Below, piece by piece: positions 13,798 to 27,326 of a stretch of 64,000 nucleotides of DNA. The stretch lies in the NCBI GenBank assembly GCA_951406725.2, contig OX597816.1, positions 121,582,001-121,646,000 of the forward strand. The letters run 5' to 3'. The position numbers were made by a program, and so were the translations under genes. How positions within the stretch are numbered: the first letter of the stretch is position 1; each line of letters opens with the position of its first letter. The stretch comes from Octopus vulgaris (Eukaryota). The notes under the pieces were generated by a model that was given only the letters and a program-made list of their open reading frames with translations, ran no database searches and was not told the origin of the DNA.

Positions 13798-14876
13798 TAT
13801 GGTTACCCCCTCGTTATCGAGTATGGCCATTGCACGAAGCTTAACTGTTACTGGTGCTGTGATCGAATGTGACTTTTTAGCCCAGCTAAAGATCTACAAA
13901 GTCTTGTACAAAATTGGCAACTAAGACCTTTACCGGTAATAGCCGGCTGTAGTTGTAATTGGGCTTCATGTACCTTTGCATGTCGTTTAAGTCCTCCTGC
14001 CGAATTACACTCTCTTCCACATGCCCGACAGATATGATTAGTATGGTGTGTTACACCACCACCAGTGGCCAGGTTGTCACTCATCTATCTCGTTTTATGA
14101 CTACGAAGATGACTCATGAGTCCAGCTTTACTGAAGCAGGGTCTTGCACAGACATTGCATGTCAGAATCAAAGGAAGACCCTTCCCTTCTGGAAGTGTAA
14201 CAGCGATGCCCTTCCTGACATCCCTCCTTACTTTCTCATGTGCAACTCGAGATTTCTCAAACATAGCTGTCCCCTCATGCACAATCCTTCTCCACCTGCT
14301 ACGATCAATAGCTATGCCTTCCCATGTGTCAGGAGAGATGCAAGCATCTCTTAAGGATGCCTTCAGCAAGTCCCTATACCTCATTTTTGGTTTATGTGGA
14401 GGTCGTTCTCCTTTAGCTAACTCTCCATAAAAGAGTTGTTTTGGCATCCTTGAATCCTTCATTCTGACCAGATGACCACTCCATCTGAGCCTTTGCTTTA
14501 ACACAAGAGCTTCTATACTTACACACCAAGAGCCTTCCAATATTTCAAGATCACTGATGCAGTCATTCCACTTAATGCTATAGATCCGTCTGAGGCACAT
14601 CTGATGGAAACGTTCCAGATGTTTAAGGTGGTATCGATATGTGACCCACGTCTCGCAGGCATAGAGAAGAGAAAGGAGCACACATGCCTTGTACACCTTT
14701 ATTTTTGTCTTTCTGCATATGTCGCGCCGACTCCAGAGGCGCTTTTCTAGCCTTCTGAAAGCAACACTTGCTTTCCTAATTTTATATGGAACTTCATCAT
14801 CCACATTGCCATATCTATTAATAGTGCTTCCCAGGTAGACAAACTGATCGACTACATCAAGTCGTTTACCATTCAC
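13798..14876 (-). mobile_element. 5'-truncated RTE-clade LINE 3' end with three C2H2 zinc fingers
   Basis: ORF 14085-14954 (real part starts at ~NGKRL): FVYLGS, LLYACETW, LRWSGHLVRM, RMPKQLFYGEL, CNVC..HLRSH. In-frame ORF 13848-14084 adds two more fingers. (ATGT)n on both sides. Confidence 0.9.
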
Positions 14877-15049
14877 ATACATACATACATGCATACATAC
14901 ATACATACATACATACATACATACATACATACATACATACATACATACATACATACATACATACGACCGTCTTCTTTCAGTTTCTTTATGCCAAATCCAT
15001 TCACAAGACTTTGGTCGGCCCGAAGCTAGAGTAGAAGACCCTATGCTAA

Positions 15050-15560
15050 TTTCTTGTACTTAATGTTATCTGATGATCTTGTCAAGATGAAAAACAATGA
15101 ATTTCATAGATGTTACATTAAACCTGTTATTGTGAATCCAGGTTGCTAGATGTTTTAACTAAGGTTGTTATAGATGTGCTACAGTATCTAAAGAATGGTG
15201 GAAGGATGTTAGCGTCATCCCGTTTACAAGTGAAGCAGTCTGTATGTTTTGTATTGGCGTAGAAAGGTCTTGTAGGTAGAGACTAATAAGAACCAGTGAG
15301 AAGATACATTCTTGTTGTACACTATTCAAGAAACTACAGCCTGTTATTCTTGTACACTAGATATGCTCGATGTCCGGATTGGTAGTTTGCTCGCCAACAT
15401 TTTGAGCAGGTTCTTAAATGAATGGATATTGAGTATTTTATATATGAGCCTTATAGAAAAGACGAAACTCAAGACTTTGTTGATGTCGGTTGCAGTGAGA
15501 ATGGGCCGTGTCGTAGATTTTTGTGTGATTGAAGTGTTTATGTATTTTCTGGTTCAGGCT
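15050..15560 (-). pseudogene. Heavily decayed LINE reverse transcriptase
   Basis: Minus-strand pieces RPILTATDINKVF (~DxSKAFD), WRANYQSG, SVQQECIFSLVLISLYLQDL (~GVPQGS.LSP.LF..Y..DL) and RDD, in the expected order across frameshifts. Confidence 0.5.
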
Positions 15561-15606
15561 TCTGAGTAGTGTGATGGTTGAATACAATGGTTAAATACGT
15601 GTGTGT

Positions 15607-15670
<64 letters not shown>

Positions 15671-16214
15671 GCCATGTTAAGTATAAGCCTGTCTAGAGTT
15701 TTTGAGGTTCTGTATAGGAGAGTGATTAGTCTGTATGATGTTAGTTCACTGAGAAAGGTAAAATAGTGAAGAGCAACAGAGATAGCAAAAAACATCATTT
15801 GCAGATCACAATTAAGAGTACAAAATGAGTCATAGTTAGAGATATGGAGGAAATCCTTTATGTCCAGTCTCGAGAACAAAGGAACAGGTGCATCCTGCTC
15901 ACCGACTGTAATTGCCAGCAGTGTCACACCATTGTCTTGTGATAAACAGGAGATGCAGGAGAACGAAGAAGAATAAACCAAAGCAAAAAATATATCATAA
16001 GAAGTTAAAGAAACCCTTCAAAAAAGAAGAGTAAACTCGAAACAAAGAGCTACAAAAACATGTGAGGAAGATCTGCTTCTACGAGGAAACGTTGTGGGGT
16101 TCAGTTGTGTAAGAGGGAAACAAAGACGTTAGACATGTATAACAGAAAATCTTGATAATTTCTATGGGAAATATTTTCAGGATACTCCTTTAGACATATA
16201 AGCTACAGTGGATA

Positions 16215-16750
16215 TATACAGAGGTGGATTCTAGTAGTTTTGAGGGGTTTTTTTAAAAGGAGAAGCAGTTATAACTGTCCTAGGTTATGGCAACTTTAAT
16301 ATATCATTACTATACATATAAAAAGCTGACCTGACAACTCTTGTAATTCTAGATTGGAGGAAACGGCTGTAAAAGTTGTAAAAGCACTTTGAACACACCT
16401 TGCTAAACACTGCTCGTCACAGCTGACAAATTAGTTTGCAGAATGCAGTTGGGGTGTGAAGACAATTTGGAAGCACACTATGTATTAAAGAGTTATGTTA
16501 AACAGCAAAAATGCTACAGAAAGTTATGAAATGCTCTTGACTGCATATGGATTAACTTGTATGAGCCGAGCATTTGTTTTTCACTGTTAAAAAAGGTTAG
16601 GCGAAGCAACTCCGACGGGAAGCTCATGATAATATCTTTTTCGACAGCAAGGGCATCATCTAAATCCCCTGGGTTCTCTCTGGCTAGAATGTCAACTTTG
16701 TGGAGTATTTTGTGGAGGTTTTGAGAGAATTCAGGAAAAGGTTTCATCGA
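16215..16750 (+). mobile_element. Mariner-like transposase remnant
   Basis: ~16600-16745 reads GKLMIIS/FFDSKGII...NVN..EYFVEVLREFRKRF with frameshifts. The left boundary is approximate. Confidence 0.55.
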
Positions 16751-17406
16751 CTAGGTGTCGATATCAGCAAGTAAAAGTTATTGAAGGTGGTGCCCTAGTA
16801 TGACCGCTATCCAATTAATGAATCTAGTGAATGTGTAAAAAAAAAGTAATTTTATTTAAAAGTAAAGTTAGTACATATATATACATCTTCTAATAGTGAT
16901 AAATTTTCGTCAACAAGCTACTCTCTGGTGACTCTAACATTCTAGATGTTGCAGATATATGGCCATGTTTATGGAAGAGCAGCCTCAGCGGAGTCTCTGC
17001 ATGTATTCCTACGAGTACACCAAACAAAAATATCCATGAACGAAAGAGCAAACCTATCCAAGGTCGAATGATTTGCTAGACAAAATACTCGCTGCCGTCT
17101 TGAAACAGGAAGGACATTTTGTATAATCTAGTTCTGGGAACACGATTACTGAGAAAGGCAGGAGGATTACGAGTGGAACACTTCTGATTATAAGCCAGCT
17201 CAATCAGAGTAGACTTTTCATCAGACATGGCTGTGCTGTTAAGAAGTGCGCTTTGCAACCGCGTGGTTTGGGGTTCAATCACAAACTGCAGCAACTTGAG
17301 CAAGTGTCTTCTGCTATAGCTCAGAGAACGTTGTCGGTTACTTTTGGGTACCCTTCGTACATACATGTGTGTGTGTGTGTGTGTGCGTTCGCGCGCGTGT
17401 GTGTGT

Positions 17407-17538
17407 GTGGTAAAAATCGATAAAAAGAGTACAGTGAGCTTTCCCTGAGGAGTGGAAAATCCAACGTTTCGAACACAGTCCTTCTTCAGGAGACTTTTCA
17501 CAGAAACGTCATTGTACTGCTTTTATCGATTTAACTAC
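17407..17538. repeat. Short fold-back with hammerhead-like motifs (PLE remnant)
   Basis: Outer arms aatcgataaaa..gtacagtga / tcattgtac..ttttatcgatt. The minus strand at 17460-17492 reads CTGAAGA-A-GGAC-TGT-GTTC-GAAACGTT. Confidence 0.55.
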
Positions 17539-18336
17539 TTGATATATGTCTTGCCGACGCAGACTAGCTTCATTGGAACCTGTTATATATATATATATAT
17601 ATATACAAGTAGTATGTTTATTGCCATTCCAGTATGGCTCTTCGACGTTACTACCGTTTTTAGCCCCAGGAATTGCCTCCTTCAGCTGGTTATCGCTGCA
17701 ATCTCCAACCAGTATATGTGTGTATGTGTGTGTGTGTGTCTGTGTGTGTGTGTCTGTGTGTATGTGTGTATGCATGTATGTATGTATATATGTATATATA
17801 TACTGGAAGCAGGGGAGCGAACCCTTACTGTCTTTTAGTAGACAACGGGATCACCAGAACGAATGGTTTCGGGTCATTTGTGCTCATCGTCAGTGGTAAA
17901 CATGCACACACACACACTACACACATGTCTCCGACTAAGTATGAAAACAATATTCTAAAAAACGGACAAATTGACCGAAATGTTGTGATGTTCATGTATT
18001 TCATAGAAGGCCATTATTAGCGTAACTGAAATGAACGTGGGTTTCCATCGAAAATCGAAACTGAGACTCAGCATAAGCTTATCGATGGATTATCACTTGT
18101 TCCACGATGTTCGTCAACGAAAGTCAACAAAATGGAAAATAAAAATTCTTAAAATCAAAAGAAATAAAAAAAAAAACATAATATTCCATATTCGTCATTA
18201 GCTCATTCTAGATTCCACGAATGTTTTATTTACAAAGAATTCGAAAATTAAAAATATAAAAACAATATTAATAAAAATAGAAGCAAGGAAAGGAAAGAAA
18301 ATTAAAGATAAAACAAAAATGTAAATAAAACACACA

Positions 18337-18372
<36 letters not shown>

Positions 18373-19150
18373 AAAGACGTGTAATTGAAATAATAAACGT
18401 ACGTATAAAGTATTACATGACAGCAATGATTGCAATAATAAATAATATAATCCACATTTTAGTTGTGCTAACCAAGATTTTACCAGCCTGCTGGTCACCA
18501 AATGTAGAAAAGAGACGAAGAAATAAATTTAAAAAAAAAAAAAAAAAAAACAGCGGATGTCTTCAGAATCTGACGACAAAGTAATATGAGGCGGAGCCCA
18601 AAGGAATTGATCACTTGAATGCAGAACGCGTGCCAGTATTTGAAAAATTCGAATCGTGTTGTAAAATAAGTGCGCCGAAAAGACTTTGGCGTTCAGTGTC
18701 CCTCGTCAGCTACAGGGACACTTCCGCTCTGTAAGAGAACCTGTTGTGGACAGCTCACTATTTCAAGAATCTCATATTATGTGTAAGCGTGTGTGTATGT
18801 GCGCGCAAATGTGTGTGTGTGTGTATAATAGATATGCATACATACATACATACATATATACATACATACATACATACATGCATGCATACATACATACATA
18901 TATACACATACACACACATACATAAGTATATAGACCTGTGTATGTATGTGTGTGTGTGTCTGTCTGTCTGTATGTATGTATGCCTATATCTATATATACT
19001 TATGTGTGTATGTGTGTGTGCGTGTATGCATTTTTTAAAATACTGGCAAGTAAGTAAATAGGTGGGTAGGTAAGTATATATATATATATATACCCACTCG
19101 TATGCTACCTACACATTTTATAAACATATATATGTGTGTGTATGTGTGTG

Positions 19151-19208
<58 letters not shown>

Positions 19209-20070
19209 TGTGTGTGTATACGTGTGTGACTTGAGACTAACGGATGTAAGGTTTGCGCACAAAGCGTTTGACAAGGCGGTCGCCACACGTATGTGATAGG
19301 GTAGTGGGATGGATTATGGTGTTAGTTGCGGGTGGGTTGGAGGTTACTAATACTTGTGAACATTTTTTTTTTCTTTTAAACAAGAACAACAACAGCAACA
19401 GCATACACCGCGACAACAGTTTCTTAAATTCTTTTCTTTTTTTCTTTCTTTCTTTCTTTCTTTCTTTATTTATTTATTTATTTATTAGGTGCTTTGCTGA
19501 CTTCAGTAAAAGAAATGAGTTAGAAATTCGGTATAATTGCCCCCTGAATATTCCTTGATCTGGTTTGAAATCAGAACTAGTATTACCAATTTAGATTCCA
19601 TAAAATAACCAGCAAAGATCTCTACCGACTGATTCTTCCCAAATATAATAATTCTTTCTAATTTTGGCACAAGGCCAGCAATTTGGAAGGGAGAGGAAGT
19701 CGATTACATCAACTCCAGTGCTCAGTTGGTGTTTATTTTATCGACCCCGAAAGGACGAAAAGTGAAACTGACCTCGGCGGGATTTGAACTCGAAATATTT
19801 ATCTTTTCTGTTTGGTTGCCAATTTTCAATCCCTTCAATTTCTGTTCGAATTGATTTCATATTCGGTGTAAGTTTAAATATGCTAATCAATGCCTTGAAA
19901 TTCATTTTCGCCATAAATCAATAAATAATGAGTTAATAGTTTTTTAAAGTTTGCAAATTTTGGGTAATTGTAGCCAATCGTAAGCCACAAACACATTCAT
20001 GCCTGTTTCCATAGTAACAAGCCAAGCACGAGAACTCTTTAAGAAATATACCTTGGTATTTCGTCCTATG

Positions 20071-20345
20071 TGATAACGATTCTTATTTCTTTATTGCCCA
20101 CAGGGGTTAAACATAGAGGGGGCAAACAAGGACACAGGGATTAAGTCGATTACATCGACCCCAGTGCGTAACTGGTACTTAATTTATCTACCCCGAAAGG
20201 ATGAAAGGCAAAGTCGACCTCGGCGGAATTTGAACTCAGAACGTAATGTCAGACGAAATTCCGCTAAGCATTTCGCCCGGCGAGTTAATGATTCTGCCAA
20301 CTCGCCGCCTATGTGATAACGATTCTGCCAGCTCGTTACCTTCTC
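20071..20345 (-). mobile_element. Abundant-family SINE copy
   Basis: Same core and B box. Duplicated cctatgtgataacgattct at both sides. Confidence 0.8.
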
Positions 20346-20419
20346 TAATGTAATAATTCTAATTCTTTAAGAATAATTCTTAAAAACTGCTTCTCTAAAA
20401 GTCGTAATTTTAATACAGC

Positions 20420-22100
20420 TTGGCTAAATTATTGTAAGGCATTTGATACTGTCTCTCAACCGTGGATCGCAAAAGCTCTGGACTTGTACAAAATATTACT
20501 AGTCATTAAAGGTATTCTTCGCCAAAATATGGGCATGTGGTGCACAAAATTTTACCTCTGTCATAATAAATGTATAAGTATTCTTTTTGCTTAGCACTTA
20601 TGCTTCTATTGCATGAATTGAATCATGCACAATATGGATACAAAATCTTTATAACCATATCGTGTATGGTTCTCACACCTCTTTTATAAGGATGATCTCA
20701 AGCTATATGTAAAAAATAATGATCTGGAGGATTTACTAACAACCGAGATAAGTGTTAGTGCCAATATTAAAATGGAATTTGTCTTGGATAAGTGCGTCAA
20801 CGCAACATTTAAACGGGAAAAACTAATTTCTATATCGTACATTATGCTGTAGGGCAACACTGTTATGACGAAATTAGACCAAGATGGCGCATGCAAATAT
20901 CTTGGAATGAACGAAGGTAAATGGATACAACACAGCGTCGTGAAGGAAAAATTCAGAAAATAATAACATAGGAGAGTAAGAATGATTATGAAAACGGAAC
21001 TGAATTTTCAGAATAAGATCCCAGCTATTATATCTCTTGCTGTCCCAGTTGTACAGTATAGTTACAAATTAACTGGAATATAAAATGAACTCCACCAAAT
21101 GGACACCAAAACGAGAGAAATAATGAGAGCAAATACGATGCATTATCCAAAAGCTGATGTTTGTTGAATCTATGTTCCCCAAAAGAGAGCGGAAGAGGCC
21201 CATCATCATGACCATCACAATAGGACTTAACTCATACATCTAGAATGCCTCAGAATAGATGACACAGCTAGTAAATCAACACAAGGGAACAAAATGATAC
21301 ATGTCTATCATTAAAGAAGCACAGAAGTTTAAAAGAGAATTAAGGTTAGATGTAAATGATAATGCAATACCAGCAGAAGCTTTAAAACATGACAAACAAA
21401 AAGCTAAAAGAAGAAGATATGGAAAAGCTCATATACAAATGGCAAGAGAAACTGCAGTATCCCAAATGAACAAAGGAAGTAGACATATATAAAGAAAGAA
21501 CATATTCAGTTCAAGCAGAAGCTAAGGTTTTATAATGGCAGCTCAGCAAAAGTTCTCTTCAATGGTGCTTACATTGGAAAATCTATTGTCATTATGACAT
21601 TCCCCTTCCTAAAAACTGGTATGAACTCTACCCGAAATCAGTCACAGAAAGTAACAGAGTAACAGAGTTACTATTCTGTGGTACTTTACCAACCATACTG
21701 ACAGACAGATAAATGACAAGAGACCTGATATTATTATCAAAGATCATCAACAAAAAGCCTGCCTTCTAATAGATATGTCAGTTCCAGCAGATAAAAATTC
21801 TCAATCACAGAATTCGAAAAGTTACCTAAACGCAAGGACCTGGAGATAGAAATTAGCAGAATGTAGAAACTGAAAACAGCTATTCTACCAGTAGTAGTAG
21901 GAGCACTAGGTATGATTAAAAAAATATTCATTTATAAAATACTTGGCAAATGAAATATACACGATGTCCAAAAGACTGCACTAATCTCAACAGTCTATAT
22001 CTCGAGAAAATTCTTATCGTTATAATATAGGCTTGTCTTAGGTCTCAGGTAGAGACCCAGCTAGTAACTAAAATGCCCCCGAAAACAAGCTAAAATATAA
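20420..22100 (+). mobile_element. Decayed R4/Dong-type LINE copy
   Basis: YCKAFDTV, DDLKLY, CKYLG, RPDIIIKD..LLIDMSVP and PVVVGALG, with many stops. Collinear with the 5617-8594 element. Confidence 0.8.
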
Positions 22101-22146
22101 ACAATAACAACAACAACAACAATACTACTACTACTACTACTACTAC

Positions 22147-22228
<82 letters not shown>

Positions 22229-22231
<3 letters not shown>

Positions 22232-22582
22232 TCTCAAAATACAAAAACCAACTCTCAAAATACAAAGACCAACTCTCAAAATACAAAGACCTGGAAATAG
22301 AGGTAACTAGAATGTGGAATCTGAAAACAGAAACAATCCCTATCATAGTAGGTGCATTAGGCATGATAAAAAAATATTCAGACAAATACATAACAAAAAC
22401 ACCAGGACTTACAAACACATATAACATACAGAAAATTGCACTACTAGGCACTGCACACATCATACGCAGAACACTTTCCATACAATAACCATCAGAGCAT
22501 CACAACAAATCACAGCACATACCCAAGGCACACAGAGCTGCGCTCGGTAGTGAAGTGAAAGCACGCTATAAAAATAAAACTA

Positions 22583-22586
<4 letters not shown>
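22229..22586 (+). mobile_element. Short 5'-truncated Dong-type LINE 3' end inserted in (TAA)n
   Basis: LSKYKDLEIEVTRMWNLKTETIPIIVGALG...GTAHIIRRTLSIQ* (stop 22486-22488), then a 3' UTR. (TAA)n on both flanks. Triple 21-bp repeat at the 5' junction. Confidence 0.88.
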
Positions 22587-22624
<38 letters not shown>

Positions 22625-22654
22625 CCTTTCTACTATAGGCACAAGGCCTGGAAT

Positions 22655-24890
22655 ATCTCAAGGCTGCTAGTAGGATTGTGGCGGAAAGGATGGGGATTGA
22701 AAACTACTGAGAATAAAACAGCAACGGATAGAAGAGGAAATAAACAACCGAGGTGGAAAAGGAGAATTTCTGAAGATATAAACTCCTTGAACAGTGTAGT
22801 GTCAATACTTGTCAGGAAAAGAAATGGAGAACTTAAGAATGAATGGAAATTCGAAAAAAGTTAGGAAGAAGTATGGTGTAGATACATAAGGCCTGAATGT
22901 TGTAATTGAAAAACTGAAGCAGAGCATACATGCAAAAAAAAACAAAAAAACAAAGCTAACTAGGTTAGAACAACGGATTAAGCTATACCAGCAAAACAAA
23001 TTGTTTAGAACTGACCAAAAAAGATTTTACTAATAGATTAATGACGATAAAAAACGTGAAAGATTAGTGCCTCATGCTGATGAAAATCGACTTTTCTGAG
23101 GTAAGATATGGAGTAAGCAAGAACAACAAGCATAATTCCACAGCTGAGTGGCTCTGCAGCCTGAAGCAAACAGCTTCTTGTCCCCAGCAAGAAGCTATCC
23201 ACTTCACAGAAGACAGTATCAGAAATATGTGTAAAAAGATAAGCAATTGGAAAGCAGCAGGACCTGATGGTGTATAAGGATGTTGGATAAAAAGTTCAGT
23301 AGTTGCCATAAATCGATCGAAAAGCAATTTAATGCATTGATCAATGGAGAAGAAATCGCAGGCTGGTTGACAAAAGGACAAACGGTGTTGTACCTGAAGG
23401 GTGCAACAAAGGGAAATGCTGCTGACAAATGCAGACCAATTTCCTGCCTCTCATTAATGTAGAAGTTACTGCCTGGAGGAATTGCAGAAGAACAGTATAA
23501 ATTTCTTGATGAGAATGATATATTACCGCCGGAACAAAGAGGTTGTAGAAGGAGGTGCAGAGGTACCAAATACCAACTATTGATAGATAAAATGGAAATG
23601 CAAGATTGTAAACGAAGGAGAACAAATCTGGCAATGGCCTGGATTGACTATCACAAAGCTTACGATATGATTCCACATTCGTGGATCATCGAGTACTTAG
23701 AACTGTTTGGAATTGCGAGGAATGTAACGTGTTTCCTGAACAGAAGTATGGTGGGATGGAAAACTGAACTGACATCTTACGGAAAAAGCCTGGACACCCT
23801 GGGTATTCGAAGAAGGATTTTCCAGGGTGATAGCCTATCTCCGTTGCTTTTCGTTCTCTGCATAATACCCCTGAACTTAGTACTTAGGAAAATGAACCTG
23901 AGATATCAACTAAAGGAAAAATCCCAAACAATCAACCACCTCCACTTCATTGATAATTTGAAACTGTATGGCAAAGATGAGACACAAGCGAGTTCCTTGG
24001 TGAACATGGTCCACTGTTTTAGTACTGATATTAGAATGGAATTTGGACTGAAGAAGTGTGGAATAATCTACCTAAAAAGAGGCAAGGTACAGTCCCTAGT
24101 AGCGATAGAATTACTGAATAGAGACTTGGTTAAGCAAATTGAAACGGAAGGATACAAATACCTTGGTGTACTAGAGTTCAACGAGATAATGGAAAAGGTA
24201 ATGAAAGAGCTACTGAGGACAGAGTATTTCCGAAAACTGAGGTCGGTGTTGCGCTCAAAATTGACTGGATGGAATAACATCTAAGCAGTTAATACGTGGG
24301 CAATAGCATCACTTCGGTATGAATACCAAGACCAGAAAAACGTTGACAGTATACGGAGCCTTCCACCCTAAGAGTGATACCGATAGACTGTACTTGTCCG
24401 GAAGAAAGGGTGAGAGAATTTGATCAGTTGCCGGGACTGTATCAAAGCAGAGGAAAACAGCCTAGGGTGGTATATAAAAATGCCATGGAACCACTGTTGC
24501 AACACATGAAGATGGTAGGCGCCATCAGAACTGAAAATTGTGTAACTAAAGAAAAATTTAAGCAAGAAATTAACAAAAAAAAAAGAAAAGAAAAAACACG
24601 GAAGGAAAAAAAGAAGTACGGTCATGTGAACGCCAAGACAGATATAGAGGACCGGTAGCTATGGATGAGGAGGAGTGACCTGAAGATAGAGATAGAAGTA
24701 CTCATATACGCAGCTCAGGAACAAGCGTTAAGGACCAATTATATGAAGGGTAAAATAGACAACATTACCGATAGCGACAAATGCAGAATGTGTGGTGAGA
24801 GGGGTGAAATGGTATGGCACGTGGTTAGCGATTACCCGAAATTTGCGCACAACGCGAATACAAAAGACGCCATGACAATGTGGCAAGAAA
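22655..24890 (+). mobile_element. R4-clade LINE of a second subfamily, disrupted and truncated at both ends
   Basis: [70 protein letters not shown] and KRRHDNVA. Confidence 0.88.
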
Positions 24891-25157
24891 GTGGTAGGGA
24901 AGCAAGCTTCTTACCACACAGCCACGCCTGCGCCTGCGCCTGCGATGTCTAAATTTCCACGAGAACAATATCGGTCTTTTCTCGCCACTTAATATTCTAT
25001 AGAGCACCATCAACGTGATTGGTCAAGACTCGTAAGCGTCTGGCAGCACTCTAGATGCTAAGAACTCATTTTTCGATTCTTCAGTGAGTTTTGAACTCAG
25101 AACGTAAAGGAACATAGCTACGGCCATTTTGTTTGTTTTGTTTTCTTTTTTATTTTC

Positions 25158-25206
<49 letters not shown>

Positions 25207-25328
25207 GTTTTGTTTTGTTTTTACTGGCGCACTAACGATTGTGCCATCCACCACTCTGAGAAGTTTGCGAAATAGTAAAATACAATAAACAATAAATATA
25301 AATAAAACAAATAAACATATGGCAATCT

Positions 25329-25479
25329 GAAGAAGAAGAAGAAGAAGAAGAAGAAGAAGAAGAAGAAGAAGAAGAAGAAGAAGAAGAAGAAGAAGAAGAA
25401 GAAGAAGAAGAAGAAGAAGAAGAAGAAGAAGAAGAAGAAGAAGAAGAAGAAGAAGAAGAAGAAGAAGAAGAAGAAGAAG
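25329..25479. repeat. (GAA)n microsatellite, about 50 units
   Basis: Direct reading. Confidence 0.95.
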
Positions 25480-26216
25480 AGCAACAACAACAACAACGAT
25501 AAAATATATCAAATGGAAAAAGAAAAAGCAAGTGTTTTTTTTCTCCCTAGACATTATAAGAAGTCTATTATTGGAAACGGCACATGCCGACATAAATTTA
25601 ATCTATAAGCATTTTTCTTTTTTTCCTTTTTTTTAAAAAAAAAAATACGAGGAAAGTAGTAAAGAAAAAAGAGGAGGAGGCGGAGGGGACGTGTTGCTTT
25701 ATGTTTCCTACGCACACGTCATGTTGTTCAGTGTAATCCCAAGCCATCGTCAACGTCACCAATACCAACACCAACACCACCACCAACACCATCATCATCA
25801 TCATCATCATCATCGTCACCATCATCGTTATCATCATCATCATTGTAACCACCTTTATCGGTGGCGTCACATTTGTCGTTGTTTTGCAAATCAGACCAAC
25901 CACCACCACCATCATCACTACCACCACCATCACCACCACTGCTACTAACTCCTCCAACACCAACATTACTGCCATCAACATCCATACCATATGAGCCAAC
26001 AAAGGAACTTCTACCTAGTCGCTCGACTTACTAGAAATAGCTGTCAAATTTTCCTTAAATTACATCCTTCCGCCTAAAAAAAAGACGTGAACTTCACTTT
26101 TAGAACGTTGTTGATCATCAGTCTGTGCTGTTGTAACCGACCCGGGTTAAAACAAGCAACAACAACAACAAAACACTCCACAAACAATGTTATCAATAAT
26201 GCTATCTTTAGTACAA

Positions 26217-26434
26217 ATATTGATTTCAAATATTGGCACAAGGCCAGCAATTTCGGGGGAATAGTAAGTCGATTACATCGACCCGAGTGCTCCGCTGGTA
26301 CTTATTTTATAGACCCCGAAAGGGTTCATGGCAAAGTCAACCTCGGCAGAATTTGAAATCAGAACATGAAGACGGACGAAATCCTGCTAAGCATTTCGCC
26401 CAGCGGGTTAACGATTCTGGCAGCTCACCGCCTT
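26217..26434 (-). mobile_element. Abundant-family SINE copy
   Basis: Full head-to-tail copy. Flanking near-direct repeat ttagtacaaatatt / ttagcacaaatatt. Confidence 0.8.
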
Positions 26435-26535
26435 TTATTAGCACAAATATTACTTGAAAAAATTGTTGCCAAATCGCCTTCACATAATACCTTATTGTCT
26501 TGACTCTCAACTTGTCCTGTGTACCATATGTGATA

Positions 26536-27180
26536 TACGAGGTCTGATGAATAAGCATCCGAAATGTTGCCATAGGAACGAAGCTAAAGTATGCAGAGTA
26601 AAGCAGCTTGGCAAAGATTGACCTTGAACTCTGTTGTGCATGAGCACTAAGTTTTAACGTTCTAGCTCACTTCTACTGTTTACAGCAGTGCTTAGAAGAA
26701 AGGTGTGTCGCGTGTGATCGTCGTATTGACCATGACAGAGAAAGATGTCATGGCGACACATGCTCAGAGGCCTACGCAAGGTTGCAGAAAGTGTATGGAG
26801 AGGAGTATATGAGCTGCACACAAGTGCACGAGTGGTTCAAACGTTTCCAAGATGGCCGAAAAAAGGTCGATATTGATGAACGAACTTGGAGACCCGCAGC
26901 CAGCAGAACTGAGGAAAACATCGCAGCTGTGCGGTGAAATCATCGAATCACCATCCGTGAGTTATCAGAGGATGTGCAGATTACTTACGGTTAAGATTTG
27001 GGTATGAGACGCATGTTTAGCCAATTTTGGGCGGAAACTGCTTCAGCTGACCCAAAATACACTCGGGTTTCAGTTGCACAAGGTCTCTTTGATTGTGTCG
27101 AGAACAATGAAATGTTTTTGAAAACTTTACGTAGGCCTCTGATCAGGTGTCACCAAGCTTTTGGCAAAATTTGATGCAGC
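26536..27180 (+). mobile_element. Mariner transposon left end and N-terminal HTH remnant
   Basis: TA-CGAGGTCTG end. Reads LQKVYGEEYMSCTQVHEWFKRFQDGR..DER..RP....TEENIAAVR..RITIRELSEDV. Confidence 0.8.
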
Positions 27181-27272
27181 TTCACTCTACGTGCTTTGGC
27201 TTCTACTATAGTCTCGAGCCGGCCAAAATCTTGTGAGTGGATTTTGTAGACGGAAACAGGAAGAAGCCCGTC

Positions 27273-27326
<54 letters not shown>

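Noticed and set aside
18450-18508. Possible pre-miRNA hairpin
   Set aside because: Only ~9 bp of solid pairing with large bulges, and no recognisable mature sequence.
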